Shown here: positions 1-9,200 of the stretch, one piece after another
Position numbering within the stretch: position 1 is the stretch's first letter
Layout of the letters: the number at the start of each line of letters is the position of its first letter
Assembly: GCF_943914015.1 (NCBI RefSeq)
Contig: NZ_CALUAK010000002.1
Span: 1-57,403, forward strand
Reading direction: 5' to 3'
DNA: 57,403 nucleotides
Source: an uncultured Corynebacterium sp.
GTDB taxonomy: Bacteria; Actinomycetota; Actinomycetes; Mycobacteriales; Mycobacteriaceae
Program-made: the position numbers and the translations under genes
Notes under the pieces: generated by a model
The model's input: only the letters and a program-made list of their open reading frames with translations
Told to the model about the DNA's origin: nothing
Database searches by the model: none

Positions 1-1
1 A

Positions 2-961
2 AGAGACAGGATCATGAGTGGGGAGTCCACCCCTACCCAGAACGCCGCCTACCTTGCAGCGCTGTCCACGAAGTCTTCCAATGCGGAGACAATCGACGAG
101 ATCATGGGCTCCGCCGAGGCTATGCGCAACCACGCAACGCAAGTGGAGCACCCCGGCATCGAGGTGCTGGAGATTGTCGGCACGGGTGGTGACAATGCTC
201 ATACCTTCAACATTTCCACGACCTCCGCGATGGTCGCCGCTGCCGGCGGCGTGACAGTGTGCAAGCACGGCAACGCCGCGGCGACGAGTAAGTCCGGCGC
301 CTCCGACGTGCTGGATGCGCTTGGCGTGAATATCCACCAGGACCCGGAGCTTGTAAACAAGCTGCTTAAAGAGGTCAACATCGCCTTCCTGTACGCCCAG
401 CAGTACCACCAGTCCATGAAGCACGTGGCAAGCCTGCGCAAGGAGCTCGGCTTCCGCACCGTTTTCAACATCCTCGGACCCCTGACGAGCCCGGCCAAGC
501 CCGAACGCTTCGTTCTCGGCGTGTACTCGGAGTACCTCGTTGAGCCACTAGCCAAGGTCCTCTCCCACCAGGGCGTACGCCGTGGCCTCGTCGTGTTCGG
601 CCAGGACGTCATGGACGAGATTTCCGCGTCCGCCCCGTCGACAATCTGCGAAATCCGCGACGGCTACTTCCGCACCTCCGTGATCAAGCCCGAGGACTTC
701 GGTCTTGAGCGCTGCGAGAAGAAGGATCTCGTCGGTGGCGATCCGCAGGAGAATGCCGAGATCACCCGCGATGTTCTTGCCGGTAAGGATCGCGGCCCCC
801 ACCGCACCGCTGTCCTCATGAACGCTGGTGCCGCCCTCTTCACGGGCGACAAGACCGAAACGCTTGCCGACGGCGTCTCCCTCGCCGCTGAGCTCATCGA
901 TTCTGGCAAGGCTCTTCAGAAGCTAGAGGACTTCGTCAAGGCCTCCAACGAGCTTGCATAG
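2..961 (+). CDS. trpD: Anthranilate phosphoribosyltransferase (5' end lies upstream of the window)
   Basis: Motifs [29 protein letters not shown] and [10 protein letters not shown]; the frame is open back to the window edge. Confidence 0.95.
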   Translation, partial: RDRIMSGESTPTQNAAYLAALSTKSSNAETIDEIMGSAEAMRNHATQVEHPGIEVLEIVGTGGDNAHTFNISTTSAMVAAAGGVTVCKHGNAAATSKSGASDVLDALGVNIHQDPELVNKLLKEVNIAFLYAQQYHQSMKHVASLRKELGFRTVFNILGPLTSPAKPERFVLGVYSEYLVEPLAKVLSHQGVRRGLVVFGQDVMDEISASAPSTICEIRDGYFRTSVIKPEDFGLERCEKKDLVGGDPQENAEITRDVLAGKDRGPHRTAVLMNAGAALFTGDKTETLADGVSLAAELIDSGKALQKLEDFVKASNELA

Positions 962-976
962 GGAAAACACGAAACC

Positions 977-1008
977 GGCGGTGACCTGCACGGTCACCGC
1001 CATTTTTA
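977..1008 (+). terminator. Rho-independent terminator after trpD
   Basis: GGCGGTGACC-tgcac-GGTCACCGCC followed by ATTTTTA. Confidence 0.85.
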
Positions 1009-1203
1009 TTCACCGTCCCATTCAGCTATCGCAGCGCCCCCCTAACAGTTTCCTCACCGCCTTCTTTTAATCATTTAGCAGGTTATGGTTCGATATAGGA
1101 AAAGGATGAGCGAGGTTCAGCACAATGATCGATGGTGATACCACAGTCGGCTCACACCCCTCTGGACTTTGCTGAAAGTTCAAAAAATGAAAGGTCACGC
1201 ACT

Positions 1204-1794
1204 GTGAAAACAAAACCATCACTGCCCGTTCTTGCTACCGCGACAGCAGTTACCCTATCCACCATGATGGCTCCCCAGGCAACGGCAGCAGCAACCACGA
1301 GCGATTTCACCACAAGCTACGACATCGTTTCAGGTAACTGCACAGTCAATTACAGCAGGAATGCCCAGAGAAACATCATGTCGGGCTACAAGGACATGGG
1401 GCGCAAACTCGCTGATGTGCGCGGGATGTCAAACACAAAAAACCAAGAGACTATTACAGCATTGGCTACAGGCTTCCAACTTGCTGCCGTTTCAGAACCA
1501 ACCGTTTACAAGCCTGAGCAATACAACGCTCGCAACGCATTTGACGATGATCCCTTCTACATTCCCGGGGTCAGCCAGGAAGTGCAAATCGCGGTGAGGC
1601 AAACCGCTTTCCGCTCCTACCCGTACCAAAAAGCCCGCGAACTGGAGAACCAGGCTTTCGCGGAGTGCCGGAATGGCAAACTCGGGGTTATAATCCCGTC
1701 AGTCGTTGTCCCAATTGTTGCGGTGATTCTTGCAGCCCTCGCGTGGCCGGCGATCAAGCAGGCAGTCCCCGCCTTGCAGGGACTCCCCTTCTAG
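1204..1794 (+). CDS. Hypothetical secreted/surface protein (signal peptide, two Cys, C-terminal hydrophobic anchor)
   Basis: GAAAGG RBS then GTG at 1204; AxA-type signal peptide; C-terminal hydrophobic helix GVIIPSVVVPIVAVILAALAW; more AT-rich than its neighbours. Confidence 0.75.
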   Translation: MKTKPSLPVLATATAVTLSTMMAPQATAAATTSDFTTSYDIVSGNCTVNYSRNAQRNIMSGYKDMGRKLADVRGMSNTKNQETITALATGFQLAAVSEPTVYKPEQYNARNAFDDDPFYIPGVSQEVQIAVRQTAFRSYPYQKARELENQAFAECRNGKLGVIIPSVVVPIVAVILAALAWPAIKQAVPALQGLPF

Positions 1795-1836
1795 ACCAGG
1801 CTCCCAAAACAAGAAATCCTCCCTGAGCGGTTTTCT

Positions 1837-2415
1837 CTATTTTAGAATCAAACCGGCAACGTACCACGGCAGCGCCAGGCCGACGAGCACCACGTACGTA
1901 ATGATCGTCCCAAGTCCCACGGAGGTAGTGAGGGCGACAATGGGCAGGGCCGCCAGCCCCAGGGCTGCAAGGAGGGTCCGCGGCAAGTCACGCATCGCAT
2001 CCAATACCGCACCTTTGAGGCTGCACTTGGGATAAAACCGCACCGTGATGATGGTGAGGATAATAAGCCCCGACCAGATGCCCGACTCCAAAACGAGGGC
2101 CGCCATGGGACTGATGAGGCCCTCGCCCGCCCCACGGATGACGTAAATCTCGTAGATTCCTAGCACTGCGATGCAGGTAGCACCCACAAAGTAGCCCGTG
2201 GGGGGGAAGAAGGATGCACGAAATGCCTTCCAAAACGTGGCAAATGGCCGGGAACCCTCGTCGTGGGCGAGTTGCCGTGTGACGTAGGCCCCGGCCTTCG
2301 TCGCGGCTCCTGCGGTGATGATCGGGAGTGACGCAATCACCATGCAGAAATTGACGATGACCAGGTCCGCCGCGAGGGAAAACGCGGCGTAGAACCGGGA
2401 GTCGGGTGAGAACAT
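1837..2415 (-). CDS. YesL/DUF624-family membrane protein, last gene of the sugar ABC operon
   Basis: N-terminal ADLVIVN...SLPIITAGAA motif, several TM helices; its start abuts the permease stop. Confidence 0.8.
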   Translation of the reverse strand: MFSPDSRFYAAFSLAADLVIVNFCMVIASLPIITAGAATKAGAYVTRQLAHDEGSRPFATFWKAFRASFFPPTGYFVGATCIAVLGIYEIYVIRGAGEGLISPMAALVLESGIWSGLIILTIITVRFYPKCSLKGAVLDAMRDLPRTLLAALGLAALPIVALTTSVGLGTIITYVVLVGLALPWYVAGLILK

Positions 2416-3300
2416 TTAGCCCTTGACTGCGCCGGCGGCGACGCCTTCGATGATGTGCTTCTGCGTGGCGACGTAGAAGATGACGATGGGGATGATGGCG
2501 AGGACGAGCATGGCCATCATGGCGCCCATGTCGCGGTTGCCGTTGGAACCGACGAAGGATTGGACGACGACGGGGATGGTCTTGTACTTGGTGGATAGGC
2601 CAATGACAAGGTAGGGCAGGAGGTAATCGTTCCATACCCACATGGCGTTCAAGATGGCCACGGTGACAGCCGTGGGCTTCAGCATGGGCAGCACCACGCG
2701 GAAGTAGTTTTCCAGGGGGCTGCAGCCGTCGATCATGGCGGCTTCCTCGATGTCGAGGGGGATGGATTTCACAAACCCTGCGAACATGAACACCGACAGG
2801 CCGGAGCCGAAGCCCAGGTAGAGCACTACGATCCCGATGGGATTGTTGAGGTGCAGCATGTCTGCGATCTTGACCGTGGGGAACATGACCATCTGGAAGG
2901 GGATAACCATGCTGAACACGAACAGGTAGTACAGCGCCGAGGTCCACCACGTTTTCACGCGGGTTATGTAGTACGCGGTGAGTGCCGAGAAGAACACGAT
3001 CGCCGCGACCGACAAGATGGTGATGACAAAGGACCAGAGGATGGCCCACAGGAACCCTTCCTTCATGAGGCCGACGGCGTAGTTTTCCAGCCCGACCCAC
3101 ATCTCACCCAGCGGCAGTGCGAAGGGGCTGTCGGCAATGGCGAGCTTGTTCTTGAAGGAGTTGAGGATGATGAAGAAGATCGGCCCGAGGAACACGACGG
3201 TCAGGAAGACGAGGACCGTGTACAGGGCCACTTTTGCTCCTGTCCCGACCTTTGCTTCGTCGCTTTTCGACGGCTTGTTGGTCACTGTTTTCGTCGACAT
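2416..3300 (-). CDS. musG: Carbohydrate ABC transporter permease (MalG/MusG type)
   Basis: EAA motif IEEAAMIDGCS, WNDYLLP, C-terminal GVAAGAVKG. Confidence 0.93.
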   Translation of the reverse strand: MSTKTVTNKPSKSDEAKVGTGAKVALYTVLVFLTVVFLGPIFFIILNSFKNKLAIADSPFALPLGEMWVGLENYAVGLMKEGFLWAILWSFVITILSVAAIVFFSALTAYYITRVKTWWTSALYYLFVFSMVIPFQMVMFPTVKIADMLHLNNPIGIVVLYLGFGSGLSVFMFAGFVKSIPLDIEEAAMIDGCSPLENYFRVVLPMLKPTAVTVAILNAMWVWNDYLLPYLVIGLSTKYKTIPVVVQSFVGSNGNRDMGAMMAMLVLAIIPIVIFYVATQKHIIEGVAAGAVKG

Positions 3301-4145
3301 TACGCTTCAACCTCCCGGGAACGCGTGGCGCGGAGTTGGAACATGGCGATGACAACAACCACCACCACGAAGATTACGGCCTTGGCCTGGCCAACTCCCT
3401 CAGAACCGACGCGGTTGAACATCGTGTTCACGATGTTTAGCGCGACCATTTCTGTTTGACTTCGTGGCGCGCCGTTGGTGAGAGCCAAGTTCTGGTCGAA
3501 CAGTTTGAACGTGTTGGACAGGGTGAGGAACAGGCAGATGGTGATCGACGGCATGACCATGGGGATGGTCACATGCCGCAGGATTTCCCCGCGGCCGGCG
3601 CCGTCGATCTCTGCGGCCTCGATGAGCTCCGGTGGCACGTTTTGCAGGCCAGCAATGTAGATGATCATCATGTAGCCCACGAGCTGCCAGTTGATGAGCA
3701 TGATGAGGCCCAGGTACCCGTACTTCCAATCGGCAACAATCGTGGTCCCGTACTTGGCCAGCACGGCATTGATCATCGATTGCCACGTGTAGCCGAGGAC
3801 GATGCCGCCGATGAGGTTCGGCATGAAGAACACCGTGCGGAAGAAGTTCGTTCCCTTGAGCTTGCGGGTCAGCGTCCAGGCGATGGCGAACGCCGCAATG
3901 TTCACGGTGATGATGGAGACGATGACCACCAGCACGGTGAAGACGAACGAGTCAATGAACCCCTCGCGGGCGGTGAACGCCTGCTTGTAGTTGTCGATGC
4001 CAACAAACGTCGCGTCGGTGATCGTGGTGAAGTCCGCAAACGACAGGAAGAAGCCGATGACGAAGGGGACGAGGAACGCGATGAGGAACGCGAGCAGCGT
4101 GGGCAGAACAAAGATGGGGAAATACTTTTTCAGGCTAGTTTGCAT
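3300..4145 (-). CDS. musF: Carbohydrate ABC transporter permease (MalF/MusF type)
   Basis: EAA motif LIEAAEIDGAG, FFRTVFFMP; TAATG overlap with the next gene. Confidence 0.93.
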   Translation of the reverse strand: MQTSLKKYFPIFVLPTLLAFLIAFLVPFVIGFFLSFADFTTITDATFVGIDNYKQAFTAREGFIDSFVFTVLVVIVSIITVNIAAFAIAWTLTRKLKGTNFFRTVFFMPNLIGGIVLGYTWQSMINAVLAKYGTTIVADWKYGYLGLIMLINWQLVGYMMIIYIAGLQNVPPELIEAAEIDGAGRGEILRHVTIPMVMPSITICLFLTLSNTFKLFDQNLALTNGAPRSQTEMVALNIVNTMFNRVGSEGVGQAKAVIFVVVVVVIAMFQLRATRSREVEA

Positions 4146-4167
4146 GAGCGTGTGCCACCTTGACCGA

Positions 4168-4192
4168 AGTCCCCACCACGGGGGTGGGGACT
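4168..4192 (-). terminator. Intercistronic hairpin after the solute-binding gene (mRNA stabiliser/attenuator)
   Basis: AGTCCCCACC-acggg-GGTGGGGACT inverted repeat. Confidence 0.6.
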
Positions 4193-4203
4193 ACAGCGTC
4201 TAG

Positions 4204-5541
4204 TTACTTCTTCCAGTTTGCTTCTTTTTCGGCGGCCCAGTTTTCCTGGAACGCCTTGACCACTTCGTCCCACTCCAGGTTGCCGGCGGCGTACTGGGCG
4301 AGATCAGCGCCAAAGTCGTCCTTGAACTGCTGAGACGGCATGTATTGGAACGTCCAGGGGTACGTCTTCAGTGAGGAATCCTGGATCGCCTCAGCGACCT
4401 GCTTGCCCAGCGGGTCGTCCGGGGTGCCGAGATCCTTGAAGCCCTTGAACGGGGCGATGAAGCCGAGGTCATCGACAACATACTGCATGCCGTCGCCGGC
4501 GTAGAGCCAGTTAGCAAAGTCGATGGAGGCCTTCTGGTCTTCCTCGCTGGCCTTGGAGTTAACGGCAAGGTAGCTTTCCGTGCCCACGGAGATGCCGCGG
4601 CTTGATTCGTCGGGAAGCCCCATGTACATCGGGATGAACTTGATCTTGTCTTCCTTCACCACGTTGCCGTCAACATCGGAAATCTGGCTCCAGGCCCAGT
4701 TGCCGTTTTGCACCATGGCAGCCTTGCCGAGCGCGAAGTCGGCCATGGAGTCGCTCACGGCTTTGGATGGGGTGAGCGACGGGGCGACGGTGGAATCCTC
4801 GAGGTACAGGTCAAAGAGGTTCTTGAACTCCTTGTTGTACGTGAACTGCATGTTGTCCATGTCCGTCACGCCGGCATCCTTGAACTCCTGGTCCATCGGG
4901 GTGTTGAGGAGGTGCGTCTGGTAACGCCACTCCTCGCCGGAGGAGAGAGAGGCGGCCGCGAAGGCGCCATCGATGCCGAGGTCCGCCTTGCGGGCCTGCA
5001 TATCGTCGGAAACCTCCTTCAGCTTGTCAAAGGAGTTGATCTCCTTCAGCGAGGTGGCCGTGGCGCCGGGGAGGGCGAAGTATTTATCAAAGATCTCCTC
5101 GTTGACGATGATTCCGTAGCCCTCGACGGCGAACGGAACGCCGATGATCTGGCCCTGGTCGTTTTTCAGCGGCGGGGTATCTTCGTTGAGCTGCTTGGTG
5201 AACTCCGCGTCCGAGAGATCCGCCATGTAGGACTCCCAGCGCAGCTGCCCGGCGGGCCCGTTGATTTGGAAGAGCGTGGGCGCATCCTTCTTGCCCACCT
5301 CCGCCTTCATCGTCTGCTCGTACGTGCCGGAGGCGGCGGTGACAACCTTGACCTCTACGCCGGTCTCCTCGGTGTACTTCTTGGCGATCTCCTGGTACGC
5401 CGCGTCCTGCTCAGGCTTGGCGTTCATGAAGTAAACGCTGGGGCCGTCCGCCGAGCTACTCGAGTCCGAGCACCCCGCCAAACCTGCGGCTGCGACTGCT
5501 GCAGCGGTCACCACTGCGGCGAAACGTGTCATCTTTTTCAC
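4204..5541 (-). CDS. musE: Maltose/maltodextrin-type ABC substrate-binding lipoprotein
   Basis: Lipobox LAGC; SBP family 1 motifs; GAAAGG RBS before GTG at 5541. Confidence 0.9.
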   Translation of the reverse strand: MKKMTRFAAVVTAAAVAAAGLAGCSDSSSSADGPSVYFMNAKPEQDAAYQEIAKKYTEETGVEVKVVTAASGTYEQTMKAEVGKKDAPTLFQINGPAGQLRWESYMADLSDAEFTKQLNEDTPPLKNDQGQIIGVPFAVEGYGIIVNEEIFDKYFALPGATATSLKEINSFDKLKEVSDDMQARKADLGIDGAFAAASLSSGEEWRYQTHLLNTPMDQEFKDAGVTDMDNMQFTYNKEFKNLFDLYLEDSTVAPSLTPSKAVSDSMADFALGKAAMVQNGNWAWSQISDVDGNVVKEDKIKFIPMYMGLPDESSRGISVGTESYLAVNSKASEEDQKASIDFANWLYAGDGMQYVVDDLGFIAPFKGFKDLGTPDDPLGKQVAEAIQDSSLKTYPWTFQYMPSQQFKDDFGADLAQYAAGNLEWDEVVKAFQENWAAEKEANWKK

Positions 5542-5697
5542 GTTATAACCTTTCACATTCTTGGTGGGTCTTTCAAACCTCTATCACAGCTAGCGTACAG
5601 GCAAAGTACCGTTAAAAAGGGCAAATATCCGACCTTTAAATGCCCAGTTTCGACCAAAACGGCCCTACGGTGGGAAAAGACACACCTTTTCGGTACA

Positions 5698-5713
5698 TGA
5701 GATTTAGGTTACA
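5698..5713. promoter_or_regulatory. Putative GlxR (CRP-family) site upstream of musE
   Basis: TGAGA-N6-TTACA, 8/10 match to TGTGA-N6-TCACA; resembles the site at 8208. Confidence 0.45.
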
Positions 5714-5733
5714 TTCCCACTTTTAGGGGAGGT

Positions 5734-6954
5734 TCACCCCAGAAGCGTCTCCTCGTCGCGATGCTCGGGAAGAATCGATTGGATATAGGACTCCGTCGCC
5801 TCCGCAAGCGACACGTCCCCACCCCGTTCCTCGGCCATGTACCACCGGTGTTCCATCACCTCGTGGAAGATCTGTGCGGGCTCCAGCTTCTTCGCCAGCT
5901 CCGGTGGGACCGAGCGAACGGTCGGCAGGAAGACGTCGAGAAGCCACTTGTGCGCAACCTGTTCAAGGGGGAGCTCGGGGAAGTCGAGTGCCTGGTAGGT
6001 CTGGATGGAATTGAGCATGCGCTGCGCCTGCTTTTCCTGGACGTCGAGGCCGGTCAGGCGCATAAGTGCCCGGTTGTGGTGGCCGGAATCGACCACTCGC
6101 GGGCGGATGGTGACCGTCTGGCCTTCCTCGTCGCGCACGACTTTCAGCTCGGCAACATCGAAACCCAGCTCGTTGAGGCGCCGGATGCGATCGCTGACGC
6201 GCCACGTCTCGTTAGCATCGATGGCTTCCTCGCCGGTGAGCTCGTCCCACAGCTGGCCGTAGCGCTCGGTGATGCGACCGCCGATGTCGATAGGGTCCAT
6301 CGACTCGTCCATGAGGCCGCCGGCCTCGAGATCCATGAGCTCACCGATGATGTTGACGCGCGCCACATCGACGTCATACATCCGCCGGGACTCCGAGAGG
6401 GTGCCGGGAAGGTCGCCCGTCTCGGCGTCGACAAGATAGCCACTGAACGCATCGGCATCGCGGCGGAAAAGCGTGTTGGACAAGCTCACATCGCCCCAAT
6501 AAAACCCCACGAGATGGAGCCGCACAAGGAGCACCGCCAGCGAATCAATAAGCTTGCTCGCCACCTCCGGGCGCAACTTTTGGGAGAAAACCGCCCGGTA
6601 GGGCAAGGAAAACGATAAATGCTCCGTCACCAGACACGCCGTCAGCTCCTCCCCCTCCGGCGACCGACGGCCCGTAATCACCGCCAGTGGCGTCACCGAC
6701 GGCGCACCGATCCGATTCAACTCACGCAGCATCTGATACTCGTGGTGCGCCACCTTCTCCCCGATCTCCTTCACCGCGATAACTCGCGCCGAATCCCCAT
6801 CCGGAAGCGTGACAAAACGCACTGTATGACGGCTAATTCCTCTGGGTAGGGTGGTGATAACCCGCTCCGGCCACTGCTCCAACGGCAGCTCCCACGGCAG
6901 TTGCAACAGCGCCGGCGCCAGGGCAGTGCCGGAGATATCCATCCTCTCCGGCAT
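5734..6954 (-). CDS. DUF4032-domain protein with protein/LPS-kinase-like fold
   Basis: IAVKE, HLVGFYWGDVSLSNTLF and YLVDAETG kinase-like motifs; C-terminal IFHEVMEHRWYMAE. Confidence 0.8.
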   Translation of the reverse strand: MPERMDISGTALAPALLQLPWELPLEQWPERVITTLPRGISRHTVRFVTLPDGDSARVIAVKEIGEKVAHHEYQMLRELNRIGAPSVTPLAVITGRRSPEGEELTACLVTEHLSFSLPYRAVFSQKLRPEVASKLIDSLAVLLVRLHLVGFYWGDVSLSNTLFRRDADAFSGYLVDAETGDLPGTLSESRRMYDVDVARVNIIGELMDLEAGGLMDESMDPIDIGGRITERYGQLWDELTGEEAIDANETWRVSDRIRRLNELGFDVAELKVVRDEEGQTVTIRPRVVDSGHHNRALMRLTGLDVQEKQAQRMLNSIQTYQALDFPELPLEQVAHKWLLDVFLPTVRSVPPELAKKLEPAQIFHEVMEHRWYMAEERGGDVSLAEATESYIQSILPEHRDEETLLG

Positions 6955-6959
6955 CTCGA

Positions 6960-8078
6960 CTACTCCTCGATCCGCTTCCCCGTCTTCGCGGAGAACACAT
7001 GCAGCATCCCCGGCTTAATAGACAGCTTCACGGTATCCCCCGGCTTCGGAGCCGTGTGCGGAGCCGTCCGCACCACAATATTATTGCTTGTCGACGCATC
7101 CGGGTTGCTGTCCGTACCACTGGACAGGTTTCCTCCGCCGACGAGCGTCCCGTACAGGTAGGAGTCACTACCCAGCTCCTCAACGAAGTCCACCCGCACC
7201 GGGATCTGCCCGTTCGGGTCAACATCGAGGGCCTCCGGGCGGAAGCCGAGGACGACCTCGGGGCCATCCACCTTCCCCACGAGGGACTCTGGCAGCTCTA
7301 CCTGCGCTTCTCCCAGCCGGGCGGTGCGACCCTCCACCGTGAACGTGCCGAGGTTCATCGCCGGCGAACCAATGAAGCCCGCCACAAACTCGTTCTCCGG
7401 GTGCTCGTACAGATCCCGCGGGGTACCCACCTGCTGCAGCACACCCTTGTTCAGCACGGCGATGCGATCGCCCATGGTCAAGGCCTCCGTCTGGTCGTGC
7501 GTCACGTACAACGTCGTGACACCCAGCTCGCGCTGCATCGACGCGATCTGCGTACGGGTTTGCACACGCAGCTTCGCATCCAAGTTACTCAGCGGCTCAT
7601 CCATGAGGAACACCTGCGGCTTACGCACAATCGCGCGGCCCATCGCCACACGCTGACGCTGACCACCGGACAGCGCCTTCGGCTTGCGATCCAAAAACTC
7701 CGTCAAATCCAGCGTCCGCGCCGCAGCCTCCACGCGCTCATTGATCTTCGCCTTATCCACACCGGCGATCTTCAACGCAAAACCCATGTTCTCCCGCACC
7801 GTCATGTGCGGGTACAGGGCGTAGTTCTGGAACACCATCGCAATATCGCGATCCTTCGGCGGGACATTCGTCACATCCCGATCCCCGATGAACACCTGCC
7901 CCGAATTGACGTCTTCCAGGCCCGCAAGCATGCGCAGGGTGGTGGACTTGCCGCAGCCCGACGGGCCGACCAGAACGAGGAACTCCCCGTCCGCGATGTC
8001 CAGATTGATGTTGTCCACGCTGGGCGCGGTGGCACCGGGGTAGACGCGTGTCGCATTCACGAAGCGAACTTCAGCCAT
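6960..8078 (-). CDS. msiK: Sugar ABC transporter ATPase MsiK/MusK
   Basis: Walker A GPSGCGKST, LSGGQRQR, MDEPLSNLD, C-terminal regulatory domain. Confidence 0.96.
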   Translation of the reverse strand: MAEVRFVNATRVYPGATAPSVDNINLDIADGEFLVLVGPSGCGKSTTLRMLAGLEDVNSGQVFIGDRDVTNVPPKDRDIAMVFQNYALYPHMTVRENMGFALKIAGVDKAKINERVEAAARTLDLTEFLDRKPKALSGGQRQRVAMGRAIVRKPQVFLMDEPLSNLDAKLRVQTRTQIASMQRELGVTTLYVTHDQTEALTMGDRIAVLNKGVLQQVGTPRDLYEHPENEFVAGFIGSPAMNLGTFTVEGRTARLGEAQVELPESLVGKVDGPEVVLGFRPEALDVDPNGQIPVRVDFVEELGSDSYLYGTLVGGGNLSSGTDSNPDASTSNNIVVRTAPHTAPKPGDTVKLSIKPGMLHVFSAKTGKRIEE

Positions 8079-8097
8079 GACCTTTATGTTTCCTTTG

Positions 8098-8137
8098 CTT
8101 TCATTGGCAGGTACGTGCCAAACGATCCGAGTGAAAG
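8098..8137 (-). ncRNA. msiK RNA motif (cis-regulatory 5' UTR element)
   Basis: Minus strand CUUUCACUCGGAUCGUUUGGCACGUACCUGCCAAUGAAAG directly upstream of msiK; matches the actinobacterial msiK motif as recalled (outer CUUUCA/UGAAAG stem, inner UUGGCA/UGCCAA stem). Confidence 0.8.
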
Positions 8138-8207
8138 AGGAGGGGCCTTAGGCCCCGCTCAGTAACCCAGGCTAGCGCCCCCGCCCGGTCATAACCAGGA
8201 AACCCTA

Positions 8208-8223
8208 TGTGATCTTTCTTACA
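8208..8223. promoter_or_regulatory. Putative GlxR site upstream of the msiK promoter
   Basis: TGTGA-tctttc-TTACA, 9/10 match; candidate -10 TAGCCT at 8169-8174 (minus). Confidence 0.6.
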
Positions 8224-8458
8224 ACGGCAGCAGCGGGTCAATCGCATCAGCTGCGTCATCGATATCATCGAAACGCCCTGCGACCTCGCCCTTCGTATCC
8301 AAAATGACGCACGGCTCGCCACCCAGCAGGTCGTCGTACTTCCCGTCCTCCGCCTTCACCGCGAAGAAGCCCCTGGGGGTGAATTCCTCAATCAACTCCT
8401 CGAACTCCTCGTCCGAGTACACCATCACGACATGCCCTGCATACTGAGGGAACAGCAT
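8219..8458 (-). CDS. Small acidic hypothetical protein (79 aa)
   Basis: GGAGG RBS then ATG at 8458, 2 nt after the upstream stop; MLFPQYAGHVVMVYSDEEF... Confidence 0.7.
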   Translation of the reverse strand: MLFPQYAGHVVMVYSDEEFEELIEEFTPRGFFAVKAEDGKYDDLLGGEPCVILDTKGEVAGRFDDIDDAADAIDPLLPL

Positions 8459-8460
8459 AA

Positions 8461-9135
8461 CTACACCTCCACGTAGGTTTTTGGTTTTGCCCCCAACTCT
8501 AGCGCCACCGACACCGCTGCCGCGACATCTTTCGTCACCTTCCGCTTCGCTAGGTTCCTTGCCGACACGCTCAAGCGGATCACGCCGCCCCGGCGCGCCG
8601 TGCGCTCCACCGCGTGGGTGATGGCGGAGCGCCACCAGCGGGAGGCGCCATACCCCTCCCCCACGGAGAGGTTTCGTGCCGGGACCAGGGTGTTTGTTTC
8701 CAGAATGTGGATGCCTTTGGTGGACAGTGCCCGGGTGAAGCCGAACTCGGGGAGGACGGAGAGGGTGCCCTCCGAGAGGCGCCAGCGAGGGGGAGCAAAG
8801 ATGGGCGTCGAAAAGCCAAGGCGTTCCATTTGGGCGACGGCACCGGTCAGGCGGAGGCGGGCCTCGTGGGCGGGCAGGGTGGCGAACTCCGCGCGGCGGC
8901 CCTGGGCGGGCTGGTCGAACCCATTGAGAACAAAAGCGTCGCCATCTGCGAGTTTGCGTTCAAAAAAGCGCCGGGTATCGGCATCCTTCGCCAGGTGCCA
9001 GTTGCCATCGATGTGCGGGGCGATGAGGAGGCTGACGGGAACATCCCACGCCTCCAGCTCGCGCATGAACTGCGCCGCCGGCGTCCTCGTCTCGGTGAAG
9101 ACGGAGGAAATGGATACCAGAAGGGTTGCACTCAC
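8461..9135 (-). CDS. DUF2334 / polysaccharide deacetylase-like protein
   Basis: LLVSIS, VSLLIAPHIDGNW, LNGFDQ, RRAEFATL, FAPPRW motifs; likely GTG start at 9135. Confidence 0.8.
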   Translation of the reverse strand: MSATLLVSISSVFTETRTPAAQFMRELEAWDVPVSLLIAPHIDGNWHLAKDADTRRFFERKLADGDAFVLNGFDQPAQGRRAEFATLPAHEARLRLTGAVAQMERLGFSTPIFAPPRWRLSEGTLSVLPEFGFTRALSTKGIHILETNTLVPARNLSVGEGYGASRWWRSAITHAVERTARRGGVIRLSVSARNLAKRKVTKDVAAAVSVALELGAKPKTYVEV

Positions 9136-9200
9136 CCACTCAGTATCACACCGATTGCTCCGACTCGCAGCGCATGCGCTGACGCGCACGTCAGCGCACG

